Source: Campylobacteraceae bacterium (GTDB taxonomy: Bacteria; Campylobacterota; Campylobacteria; Campylobacterales; JALSKU01). From it: a stretch of 33,855 nucleotides of DNA. The stretch covers positions 1-33,855 of the forward strand of contig WFMT01000201.1 in the NCBI GenBank assembly GCA_015488975.1. The letters run 5' to 3'. The position numbers and the translations under genes were made by a program. Below are positions 26,337 to 33,855 of the stretch, in pieces (positions within the stretch are counted from its first letter, which is position 1; each line of letters starts with the position of its first letter). Below the pieces are notes generated by a model. That model ran no database searches and was not told the origin of the DNA. It saw nothing but the letters and a program-made list of their open reading frames with translations.

Positions 26337-27677
26337 ATGAATTATTTGATTATGAGTTATTCCCATAAAAACAGTGACCTTGCGATAAGAGAAAAAGTTG
26401 CTTTTATAAGTGATGAGAAAAAAATAGAATTTTCAAAGAAATTACTTAAGTATGAAGCTATCAATGAAGTAATGATAATATCAACTTGTAACAGAGTAGA
26501 AATATTAGCGAGTGTAAAAGAGTGTCAAGAAACATTGAAATATATTTTTTATGAGCTTTCTGAGATATCGAATATGCCAGTGGGTATACTTGAAAAAAAA
26601 GCTGAGATTTATGAAGATAGTGCTGCAATTCATCACATATTTTCTGTTGCTGCATCACTTGATAGCGTAGTTATTGGTGAAACTCAGATAGTAGGGCAGA
26701 TAAAAAATGCTTTTAAGGTTGGTTTTGACAATGGTTTTTGTTCGCAAAAAATAGCAAGGGTGATGCATCATACTTTTAGATGCGCAGCAGCTGTTAGAAG
26801 TAGTACTGATATATCCTCAACGGCAGTATCTGTTTCAAGTGTGGCAGTCAATAAAGCCAAAGAGTTTTTTGATGGTAACTTAGCAGGGTTTTCTGCTCTT
26901 GTTATTGGAGCAGGAGAGATGAGCAGGATTTGTGCAGAATATTTGATAAAACATGGTGTCAATGTTATCATTATAAGCAGAAATATAGAAAAAGCTCAAA
27001 GATTGGTAGATGAATTAGGTGGAACTACCATAGCTGAAGATTTTAGCAGACTTGAAGAGTTTATCAACAAATACAGACTTCTTTTTTCTGCAACGAGTGC
27101 CAAAGAATATGTTATAAATAATAAAATGGTAAAAGAAGTTGACTTTGAAAGATATTGGTTTGATATAGCTGTACCAAGAGATATACAAGAGTCTTGTAAG
27201 ACAAAAAATATCCAGCTTTTTACAGTAGATGACTTAAAGGATGTGGTCTCTCAAAATAAAATATTTAGAGAAAAGCAAGCAGGAATTGCTTTTTCCATTA
27301 TCGGTAAGTTTACAATGGAGTTTTATAAATGGCTTCAAACCTTACAAGTTGATCCTATCATAAAAAAGATGAGAGATATGGCAAAAAGAAGTGCTCAAAA
27401 AGAACTTGATAGAGCCTTAAAAAAAGGATTTTTGCCAAAAGAGCAAAAAGATGAAGTTGAAAAAATTCTTCATCAAGCATTTAATTCATTTTTGCACAAA
27501 CCTACACAAAATTTAAAAAAAGTAGCAAAAGATCCAGAATTTGATACTATCGTGCAATCTTTTCAATATCTTTTTGATATAAATGAAAATCAAAAAAAGG
27601 CAATAAATATGTATAAATGCGAATACCATATGGAACAAGATATGAGCAATTCATCGCTACAGCCCAAGGAGAAATAA
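26337..27677 (+). CDS. hemA: Glutamyl-tRNA reductase
   Basis: 446 aa. Catalytic-Cys motif STCNRVEI, GETQIVGQIK, and NADPH-binding VIGAGEMSR. Confidence 0.93.
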   Translation: MNYLIMSYSHKNSDLAIREKVAFISDEKKIEFSKKLLKYEAINEVMIISTCNRVEILASVKECQETLKYIFYELSEISNMPVGILEKKAEIYEDSAAIHHIFSVAASLDSVVIGETQIVGQIKNAFKVGFDNGFCSQKIARVMHHTFRCAAAVRSSTDISSTAVSVSSVAVNKAKEFFDGNLAGFSALVIGAGEMSRICAEYLIKHGVNVIIISRNIEKAQRLVDELGGTTIAEDFSRLEEFINKYRLLFSATSAKEYVINNKMVKEVDFERYWFDIAVPRDIQESCKTKNIQLFTVDDLKDVVSQNKIFREKQAGIAFSIIGKFTMEFYKWLQTLQVDPIIKKMRDMAKRSAQKELDRALKKGFLPKEQKDEVEKILHQAFNSFLHKPTQNLKKVAKDPEFDTIVQSFQYLFDINENQKKAINMYKCEYHMEQDMSNSSLQPKEK

Positions 27678-29381
27678 GTGAGATTTTCCAAACTTTTTAT
27701 CCCTACTACAAAAGAAGCACCAAATGACGCAGTTTTGCCAAGTCATAGATTGTTGATTCAAGCAGGGTTTATTACTCAAGTCGGTAGTGGAATATATAAC
27801 TTTTTACCACTTGGAAAGATTGTCCTTGATAAAATTAGAAAAATTGTCAAAGAAGAGCTTGACAGAGTTGATTCTCAAGAAGTACAACTGGGTTTTGTTA
27901 CTCCAAGTGAACTTTGGGTCCAAAGTGGTAGATTTGCAAAATATGGAAAAGAGCTTTTGAGGTTTAGTGATAGAAAAAACAATGAATTTGTTCTAAGTCC
28001 TACTGCTGAAGAAATGATGGTGGATTTGGTAAAAAATAGAGTCAAAAGTTATAAACAGTTGCCACTTCACTTATATCAGATAAATACTAAATTTAGAGAT
28101 GAAGCAAGACCAAGATTTGGTCTTTTAAGGGGGAGAGAGTTTTTGATGGAGGATGGATATAGCTTTCATGAAGACTTTGAAGACTTAAATAGAGAATTTG
28201 ATGTAATGGAAGCAACATATTCTAAAATATTTTCAAGATTGGGTCTTGATTTTAGAGTTGTAAATGCTGATAGCGGGGCTATTGGTGGTAGTGGCAGTAA
28301 AGAGTTTATGGTTTTAGCAAACAATGGTGAGGATGATATCATGATATGCGAGAATTGCTCTAATGCTGCCAATATAGAAGTTGCCAATAGAAAGAAACGA
28401 GTTTCTCCATATAAGGAAAAACCGCAAATGCAACCTGGAAGATTTTATACGCCGGATGTAAAAACTATAGATAAACTGGCAGAATTTTTTAAGATAGAGC
28501 CATATTATCTTGTTAAGGCGGTTGCAAAAAAAGCAATTTTTGAGAATAATACAGAAAGTATTGTAATATTCTTTTTAAGGGGTGATGATGTTTTGGAAGA
28601 GACTAAAGCATTAAATGCTGTAAATGCTTTAGAATTGATAGATATTGATGCAAATGAGCTTGAGGATGCAGGAGTAGTTCCTGGATTTATTGGGCCAGGA
28701 GTTGAAAATGTAGATATTGTAGTTGATATAGAGTTAAAAGATGAAGATTTGCTGATATGTGGTGGAAATGAAAAAGATTATCACTTTGTAGGGTATAGTT
28801 TCAAGGATAAGTTTGATTATGATTACAAAGATATAGCAGAAGTAAAAGAGGGTGATTACTGCTTTGAATGTGGTGGTAAATTGAGACAGACAAAAGGCAT
28901 AGAAGTAGGGCATATCTTTAAACTCGGCACCAGGTATTCAAAACCTTTAAATGCCAATTTTTTAAACAGACAAGGGAGACTAAATCCATTTATTATGGGT
29001 ACTTACGGTATAGGGATTAGCAGACTTGAAGCAGTTATAATAGAGCAAAATCATGATGAAAAAGGCTGTATTTGGACAAAGGAAAGTGCACCTTTTATGC
29101 TTGATATTATTATCTCTAATATCAAAAATGAAAAAGAGACAGAGTATGCAAATAATATTTATAAAAAATTGCTATCTTTGGGAAAAGAGATTATAATAGA
29201 CGATAGAAAAGAGCGATTTGGTTTCAAGATAAAGGATTTTGAACTTATTGGTTTTCCGTATGCTTTGATAGTCGGTAAATCATTTGCTGATGGAAAAGTG
29301 GAACTTGTCAGAAGAAAAGATTTGAAAAAAACTATTTTAGATATTGATAAAGTTATCGAATATTTGAAAGAAATTATTTAA
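27678..29381 (+). CDS. proS: Proline-tRNA ligase (bacterial type with insertion/editing domain)
   Basis: 567 aa. [35 protein letters not shown] (motif 2) and [10 protein letters not shown] (motif 3). The GTG start directly abuts the hemA stop. Confidence 0.95.
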   Translation: MRFSKLFIPTTKEAPNDAVLPSHRLLIQAGFITQVGSGIYNFLPLGKIVLDKIRKIVKEELDRVDSQEVQLGFVTPSELWVQSGRFAKYGKELLRFSDRKNNEFVLSPTAEEMMVDLVKNRVKSYKQLPLHLYQINTKFRDEARPRFGLLRGREFLMEDGYSFHEDFEDLNREFDVMEATYSKIFSRLGLDFRVVNADSGAIGGSGSKEFMVLANNGEDDIMICENCSNAANIEVANRKKRVSPYKEKPQMQPGRFYTPDVKTIDKLAEFFKIEPYYLVKAVAKKAIFENNTESIVIFFLRGDDVLEETKALNAVNALELIDIDANELEDAGVVPGFIGPGVENVDIVVDIELKDEDLLICGGNEKDYHFVGYSFKDKFDYDYKDIAEVKEGDYCFECGGKLRQTKGIEVGHIFKLGTRYSKPLNANFLNRQGRLNPFIMGTYGIGISRLEAVIIEQNHDEKGCIWTKESAPFMLDIIISNIKNEKETEYANNIYKKLLSLGKEIIIDDRKERFGFKIKDFELIGFPYALIVGKSFADGKVELVRRKDLKKTILDIDKVIEYLKEII

Positions 29382-29390
29382 AGAGTAAAA

Positions 29391-29786
29391 ATGATATATT
29401 TTCTAATCTATCTCTTTTTGGAGATAACTGTTACAATAAATATAGCTAAGTATATTGGTTCTTTTGCAACATTTGTAGAAGTAGTAGTGAGTGCTTTGAT
29501 TGGTTTACTTATTATAGCTAACTTAAAAAATTCTCTTTCTGAGGGATTTAGAGCATTGCTTGAAAAAAGGATAACTGAAGAAGAATTTATAAAACTTCAT
29601 ATTTTTATGCTCATTGGTGCTATATTACTTATAATACCCGGATTTTTAAGTGATTTTATTGGGATTTTATTTCAATTCCCCTATGTTGCTTTAAATATTA
29701 CGAAAAAATTTTACAGATTTAAAACAAATAAAAAAAGGAGTGATGATGTCATTGATGTTGAAGTTATTGATGATTTGGATAAGTAG
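29391..29786 (+). CDS. fxsA: FxsA-family cytoplasmic membrane protein
   Basis: 131 aa. N-terminal MIYFLIYLFLEITVTINIAKYIG... and PGFLSDFIGILF resemble the FxsA/UPF0716 pattern. Three or four TM segments. Confidence 0.68.
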   Translation: MIYFLIYLFLEITVTINIAKYIGSFATFVEVVVSALIGLLIIANLKNSLSEGFRALLEKRITEEEFIKLHIFMLIGAILLIIPGFLSDFIGILFQFPYVALNITKKFYRFKTNKKRSDDVIDVEVIDDLDK

Positions 29787-30618
29787 TGTAGTTTTTGTGT
29801 TCGCAGGTACAAATAGTAATGCTGGTACTGCTAAACAACAGATACAGAAGTTTTTAAATACATCTATAAAAGCAAATAAAAACATAAAGGTTTTACGATT
29901 TAAAATTGCAAAAGTAGTTACATTAAAAGATGTACCTGGATGGAAAGCGTATATACTGACAATCAATATCAAACTGCTTAAGCAAAAAGGCAGAGTAATT
30001 ACCATAAAAGACGCATTATTTTCAAATGGAAAATATATAAGCAGATCTTTTGTGGATTTGAAGACAAAAAAGAAGTTAAAAGATAGTTTGCTTAGAAATT
30101 TTATGCCAAATGCAAATAGTTCATATTATGATAAGGAACACTTGCTTTATGGAAGTAGTAATGCTAAATATAAAGTGCTCGTTTTTAGTGATCCTCAATG
30201 TCCATTTTGCATAGAGTTTGTTCCGGGTTTGATGAAGTTCGTCAAGAAGCATAAGCAAAATTTTGCACTATATTATTATCATTTGCCATTATCTATACAT
30301 CCTACTTCTGCAACGATAGTCAAAGCTGAAATATTTGCTGAAAATAAAGGGGATAAAAATATAGCACAAAAAGTATATAGTGTTGATTTTGATACAAAAA
30401 CAAATGATGCAAAAACTGTTTTGGCAAAATTTAATAAAGAAATGAAAACCAATATAATAATGGCAGACATAAAAAGTAAAAAAGTTTTAAACAGATATAA
30501 CGAAGATTTGCAAAGAGCCGGTCAGCTTATGGTAAATGGAACACCTACGGTATTTATAAATGGAAAATATGATGCCGGTAGAGTAGAAATCTCAAAGCTT
30601 ATGAAAAAATATAAATAA
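29743..30618 (+). CDS. Periplasmic thiol:disulfide oxidoreductase, DsbC/DsbG-like (CPFC)
   Basis: About 291 aa. Signal peptide (LMLKLLMIWISSVVFVFAG). An N-terminal domain of about 110 aa, then a thioredoxin fold with SDPQCPFC and a cis-Pro loop NGTPTVFING. AAGGAG at 29735-29740 favours ATG 29743 or 29746. The 5' end lies inside the fxsA 3' end. Confidence 0.75.
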   Translation: MMSLMLKLLMIWISSVVFVFAGTNSNAGTAKQQIQKFLNTSIKANKNIKVLRFKIAKVVTLKDVPGWKAYILTINIKLLKQKGRVITIKDALFSNGKYISRSFVDLKTKKKLKDSLLRNFMPNANSSYYDKEHLLYGSSNAKYKVLVFSDPQCPFCIEFVPGLMKFVKKHKQNFALYYYHLPLSIHPTSATIVKAEIFAENKGDKNIAQKVYSVDFDTKTNDAKTVLAKFNKEMKTNIIMADIKSKKVLNRYNEDLQRAGQLMVNGTPTVFINGKYDAGRVEISKLMKKYK

Positions 30619-30641
30619 AAGATATAAAAGGAACAATTATC

Positions 30642-31601
30642 GTGGATAGATTGGTTATAGCAACAAGAGCCAGTGATTTGGCTCTTTGGCAGGCATATTT
30701 CGTAAAAGACAAGATTGAAAAAAGTTTTCCAAACATTAAAATTTCATTGAATAAAATAACAAGCAGTGGTGATAAAATTCTCGATAAGCCATTGGCACTG
30801 ATTGGCGGAAAAGGACACTTTACAAAAGAATTAGAAGATGAAATGCTTGCTGGAAATGCTGACATTGCCGTACATTCACTAAAGGATATTCCTACATTTA
30901 TGCCAGAGGGCTTAGAGCTTGGTGCAATCACAAAAAGAGAAGACCAAAGTGATGTTTTTTTATCTCATAAATATAAGAGTTTTGAGCAACTGCCTCAAAA
31001 TGCAGTAGTTGGGACAACAAGCTTAAGAAGAAGAATGCAGGTAAAATCTGTAAGAAATGATTTGCGAATGAAAGATTTAAGAGGAAATGTCAATACAAGA
31101 CTGAGAAAATTGGGAGAGGGGCAATATGATGCCATAATCTTGGCTTATATAGGTCTTGAAAGATTAAATCTTTTAAAAGATATTCCATTTGTGCAAAAAC
31201 TCCCGCTTGATATGATGATGCCTCCTATGGGTCAAGCTTCTTTGGGTATCGAAATAATTTCTAAAAATAACAAAATAAAAGAAATAGTAGCATCTTTAAA
31301 TGACCCCCAAACAGCATTGTGCAGTAAACTTGAAAGAGATTTTGTAAGCAGTATCGGAGCTGGATGTTCTGCTCCTGTTTCTGTAAATGCAAAACTCAGC
31401 GGCAAAGATATCACAATCAAAGCAATGATAGGATATCCAGATGGTACACATATATTAAAAGAAAAATTGTCACAACATACAAACTCTGCAGATAATCTCG
31501 GTAAAGAATTGGCTAGAAAAATGATTGAAAAAGGCGCACTTGAAGTTTTAAGAGATGCAGAAAAGATAGCTTTTAAAGATGAAAGAGTGCAAAGAATGTA
31601 G
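30642..31601 (+). CDS. hemC: Hydroxymethylbilane synthase (porphobilinogen deaminase)
   Basis: 319 aa. IATRASDLALWQA, GGKGHFTKELE, GTTSLRRRMQ and LRGNVNTRLRKL blocks. GTG start. Confidence 0.93.
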   Translation: MDRLVIATRASDLALWQAYFVKDKIEKSFPNIKISLNKITSSGDKILDKPLALIGGKGHFTKELEDEMLAGNADIAVHSLKDIPTFMPEGLELGAITKREDQSDVFLSHKYKSFEQLPQNAVVGTTSLRRRMQVKSVRNDLRMKDLRGNVNTRLRKLGEGQYDAIILAYIGLERLNLLKDIPFVQKLPLDMMMPPMGQASLGIEIISKNNKIKEIVASLNDPQTALCSKLERDFVSSIGAGCSAPVSVNAKLSGKDITIKAMIGYPDGTHILKEKLSQHTNSADNLGKELARKMIEKGALEVLRDAEKIAFKDERVQRM

Positions 31602-31627
31602 ATATCTTAGATAAAATATGGTGGTTT

Positions 31628-31636
31628 TGATATGAT
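31628..31636 (+). promoter_or_regulatory. Candidate extended -10 box (TGATATGAT) upstream of pseB
   Basis: TGnTATGAT lies 27 nt upstream of the pseB ATG, in the 62-bp hemC-pseB spacer. No GG-N10-GC sigma-54 element is visible there. Candidate only. Confidence 0.3.
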
Positions 31637-31663
31637 TTTTAATAAACCATAAGAAGGAAAAAG

Positions 31664-32677
31664 ATGCTTAACAACAAAACAGTTCTAATCACAGGCGGTA
31701 CAGGTTCATTTGGTAAAAAGTTCATAGAAACTATTTTGGAGCGATACCCTAAGGTCAAAAAAATAATTATTTATTCACGTGATGAGCTCAAACAATTAGT
31801 TATAAAACAAAAGTATCCTCGTTATGATTTCACACAACTAAGATTTTTTATTGGTGATGTTAGAGATAGGGCACGCCTTACTCAGGCTTGTGAAGGTGTA
31901 GATGTTATCATCCATGCAGCCGCTATCAAACAGGTAGATACTGCTGAATATAATCCTACTGAGTGTATCCGAACTAACATAGATGGTGCAGAAAATGTTA
32001 TTCATGCAGCACTAAGTTGTGGCGTTCAAAATGTGGTGGCCCTCTCAACAGATAAAGCATGTGCCCCTATTAATCTTTACGGAGCTACGAAACTTGCTTC
32101 AGATAAACTATTTGCTGCGGCTAACAACATTAGGGGTTCAAAAGATATTCGTTTTAGCGTTGTTCGTTATGGTAATGTTATGGGTTCTCGTGGTAGTGTT
32201 ATTCCGTTTTTTATTGACAGACGCAAAGAAGGTGTTTTACCTGTTACACACAAAGATATGACGCGCTTTAATATTTCTCTTCAAGATGGAGTGAATTTAG
32301 TAATGTTTGCACTTGATAATCATTTGGGAGGAGAAATATTTATTCCTAAAATTCCTTCTTATAAAATTATAGATGTTGCGACGGCTGTTTGCCCAACATG
32401 TGAAATTAGAGAAGTGGGTATTAGACCGGGTGAAAAATTGCATGAAGAGATGATTACGGATACAGATTCTTTAAATACAATTGATCTTGGTCCTTATTAT
32501 GTAATTCTTCCATCGGTTTCGTATACTTATAGTGAAGAAGATTATATGAAACATCATAAGGCTAAAAAGGTCCCATTTGGATTTAAATATAATTCAGGAA
32601 CAAATAATAAATGGGAGACAGTTGAGGGCTTGCGCCAGTTGATTGTTGAACATGTAGATTCTACCTTTGAGGTCTAA
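31664..32677 (+). CDS. pseB: UDP-N-acetylglucosamine 4,6-dehydratase (inverting), pseudaminic acid pathway
   Basis: 337 aa. ITGGTGSFGKKF Rossmann motif, YSRDELKQ, STDKA and YGATKLASDKLF (YxxxK), VVRYGNVMGSRGSVIPFF. Followed by pseC and a pseF-like gene. Confidence 0.9.
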   Translation: MLNNKTVLITGGTGSFGKKFIETILERYPKVKKIIIYSRDELKQLVIKQKYPRYDFTQLRFFIGDVRDRARLTQACEGVDVIIHAAAIKQVDTAEYNPTECIRTNIDGAENVIHAALSCGVQNVVALSTDKACAPINLYGATKLASDKLFAAANNIRGSKDIRFSVVRYGNVMGSRGSVIPFFIDRRKEGVLPVTHKDMTRFNISLQDGVNLVMFALDNHLGGEIFIPKIPSYKIIDVATAVCPTCEIREVGIRPGEKLHEEMITDTDSLNTIDLGPYYVILPSVSYTYSEEDYMKHHKAKKVPFGFKYNSGTNNKWETVEGLRQLIVEHVDSTFEV

Positions 32678-32678
32678 T

Positions 32679-33797
32679 GTGATTCCTTACGGTAAACAAT
32701 TTATTAGTCAAGAAGATATTGATGCAGTTGTTGTAACCCTTGAATCAGATTATCTTACTACTGGTCCAAAAGTTAAAGCGTTTGAAGAAGCTCTTAGTAA
32801 GTATTGTAAAGTAAAGTATTGTGTAGCTGTGTCAAATGGCACAGCTGCTTTGCATTTAGCTTCTCTTGTTTTACTTAACAAAGGCGATAATGTTCTTACA
32901 ACACCTAACTCATTTTTAGCAACTTCCAATGCTATTCTTTATGCTGGCGCGAAGCCCATCTTTGTTGATATAGCTGAAGATGGGAATATAAATTTGGATT
33001 TATGTGAAAAAGAACTGCAAAAAGACCCTACTATAAAAGCAATTTACCCTGTTGCATTTAGTGGACACATGGTTGACCAACAAAAATTAAAATATCTTAG
33101 AGAGACATACAATGTCACTATTTTAGAAGATTGCGCACATGCTATTGGTGCAAAAGATGCTGATGTTAAAGCAGCATCTTGTACTAATAGTGATATTGCT
33201 ATACTTTCATTTCATCCTGTTAAACATATAACAACTGGTGAAGGCGGTGCTATCACTACTAATTCAAAAGAGATATATGAAAAATTATTAATTTTGCGTA
33301 ATCATGGCATGGTAAAAACAGAAGAAATGAAACCATGGGAATATGAGATGCAAGAGTTAGGCTTCAACTACCGCATAACAGATATTCAGTGTGCTCTTGG
33401 TATTTCACAGCTGAAAAAACTCCCCTCATTTATAGAAAGAAGATTTGAGATAGCAAAGAGATATGATAAAGCATTTGAAAATTCTATAGTGAAACCTCTT
33501 TACACTTTTAATGGAAACTCATCGTATCATCTTTATGTAGTTCAAGTTGATTTTAGTAAACTTAAAATCTCTAAAGTAGATTTATTTAATATAATGAGAG
33601 AAAAGAGCATAGGACTTCAACTTCATTATATTCCTATAAATAAACAGCCATATTATAAAAAGTTAGGGTATGGTAATGAAATAACGCCAAATATGGATAA
33701 GTATTACAAAGAGTGTTTTTCTCTACCTATGTATCCAAAAATGACAAATGAAGAGCAAGAGTATGTTATAAAATCACTTTTTGAGGTATTAAACTGA
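32679..33797 (+). CDS. pseC: UDP-4-amino-4,6-dideoxy-N-acetyl-beta-L-altrosamine transaminase (DegT/DnrJ/EryC1 family)
   Basis: IPYGKQFISQEDIDAV N-terminus and PLP-lysine block SFHPVKHITTGEGGAI. I prefer GTG 32679 (GAGG 6 nt upstream, giving the MIPYGKQ typical of PseC) over the TTG 32667 in the ORF track. Confidence 0.88.
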   Translation: MIPYGKQFISQEDIDAVVVTLESDYLTTGPKVKAFEEALSKYCKVKYCVAVSNGTAALHLASLVLLNKGDNVLTTPNSFLATSNAILYAGAKPIFVDIAEDGNINLDLCEKELQKDPTIKAIYPVAFSGHMVDQQKLKYLRETYNVTILEDCAHAIGAKDADVKAASCTNSDIAILSFHPVKHITTGEGGAITTNSKEIYEKLLILRNHGMVKTEEMKPWEYEMQELGFNYRITDIQCALGISQLKKLPSFIERRFEIAKRYDKAFENSIVKPLYTFNGNSSYHLYVVQVDFSKLKISKVDLFNIMREKSIGLQLHYIPINKQPYYKKLGYGNEITPNMDKYYKECFSLPMYPKMTNEEQEYVIKSLFEVLN

Positions 33798-33855
33798 TGA
33801 AAAAAGATGCAGTAGCTATCATACCAGCTCGTGGTGGAAGTAAAAGAATACCAAA
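33797..33855 (+). CDS. pseF: Cytidylyltransferase N-terminus, probably pseudaminic acid cytidylyltransferase (3' end outside the window)
   Basis: ATG overlaps the pseC TGA (TGATG). MKKDAVAIIPARGGSKRIPK is the canonical N-terminus of CMP-nonulosonate (NeuA/PseF) cytidylyltransferases. Only 19 codons are visible. Confidence 0.6.
   Translation, partial: MKKDAVAIIPARGGSKRIP

Noticed and set aside
31602-31663. Looked for a sigma-54 (GG-N10-GC) or sigma-28 promoter upstream of pseB, because flagellar glycosylation genes can belong to the flagellar regulon and rpoN is in this window.
   Set aside because: The two GG dinucleotides (TATGGTGGTTTTGATATG) are not followed by GC at the required spacing. 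No TAAA-N15-CCGATAT-like element is present. Only a sigma-70-type extended -10 candidate is visible.
1-33855. Looked across the whole window for tRNA, rRNA, CRISPR repeats, IS elements with terminal inverted repeats, integrases, phage genes, toxin-antitoxin pairs and known defence-system domains.
   Set aside because: None seen. Every ORF of 90 aa or more on the preferred frame has a housekeeping or envelope-type assignment, or is a small conserved-looking unknown. No regularly spaced direct repeats and no tRNA-like T-arm sequences caught my eye. I cannot exclude short ncRNAs without a covariance-model search.

Overview
This is a very AT-rich, densely packed (about 95% coding) chromosomal segment. 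It reads as core genome of a member of the Campylobacterota (Epsilonproteobacteria). I call 37 protein-coding genes, two of them cut by the window edges. I saw no tRNA, rRNA, CRISPR array, IS element, integrase, phage gene or recognisable defence or toxin-antitoxin module. Gene order, left to right: trpD'-tsaE-lptB-rpoN; kdsB (minus); a translationally coupled chain of methyltransferase, YkgJ-like protein, TPR lipoprotein, trpC, HIT and MTH1187-like genes; pyk and a djlA-like gene; an aspartoacylase (minus); an M48 protease and prmC; a 4-TM membrane protein; ftsZ-ftsA-ppiD-like (minus); bioA; an FGE-fold protein and a DsrE-like protein; rsmH, an FtsL-like gene and a lone RND permease; two small unknowns; a polyprenyl synthase, hemA, proS, fxsA and a DsbC/G-like gene; hemC; then the start of a pseudaminic-acid locus (pseB-pseC-pseF'). 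From memory, several blocks (ppiD-ftsA-ftsZ next to rsmH; polyprenyl synthase-hemA-proS-membrane protein-hemC) match Campylobacter jejuni synteny. I do not see a convincing novel multi-gene system, and most of the window is ordinary housekeeping DNA. The points worth a second look are: (1) a perfect 50-bp palindrome over the prmC stop codon; (2) a secreted FGE-fold (catalytic Cys pair absent) plus DsrE-like pair that looks inserted into a conserved neighbourhood; (3) an aspartoacylase that closely resembles the metazoan enzyme; (4) an abrupt arginine-codon shift at pseB, marking the edge of the flagellin-glycosylation locus; (5) an FtsL-like gene followed by an RND permease with no partner genes.
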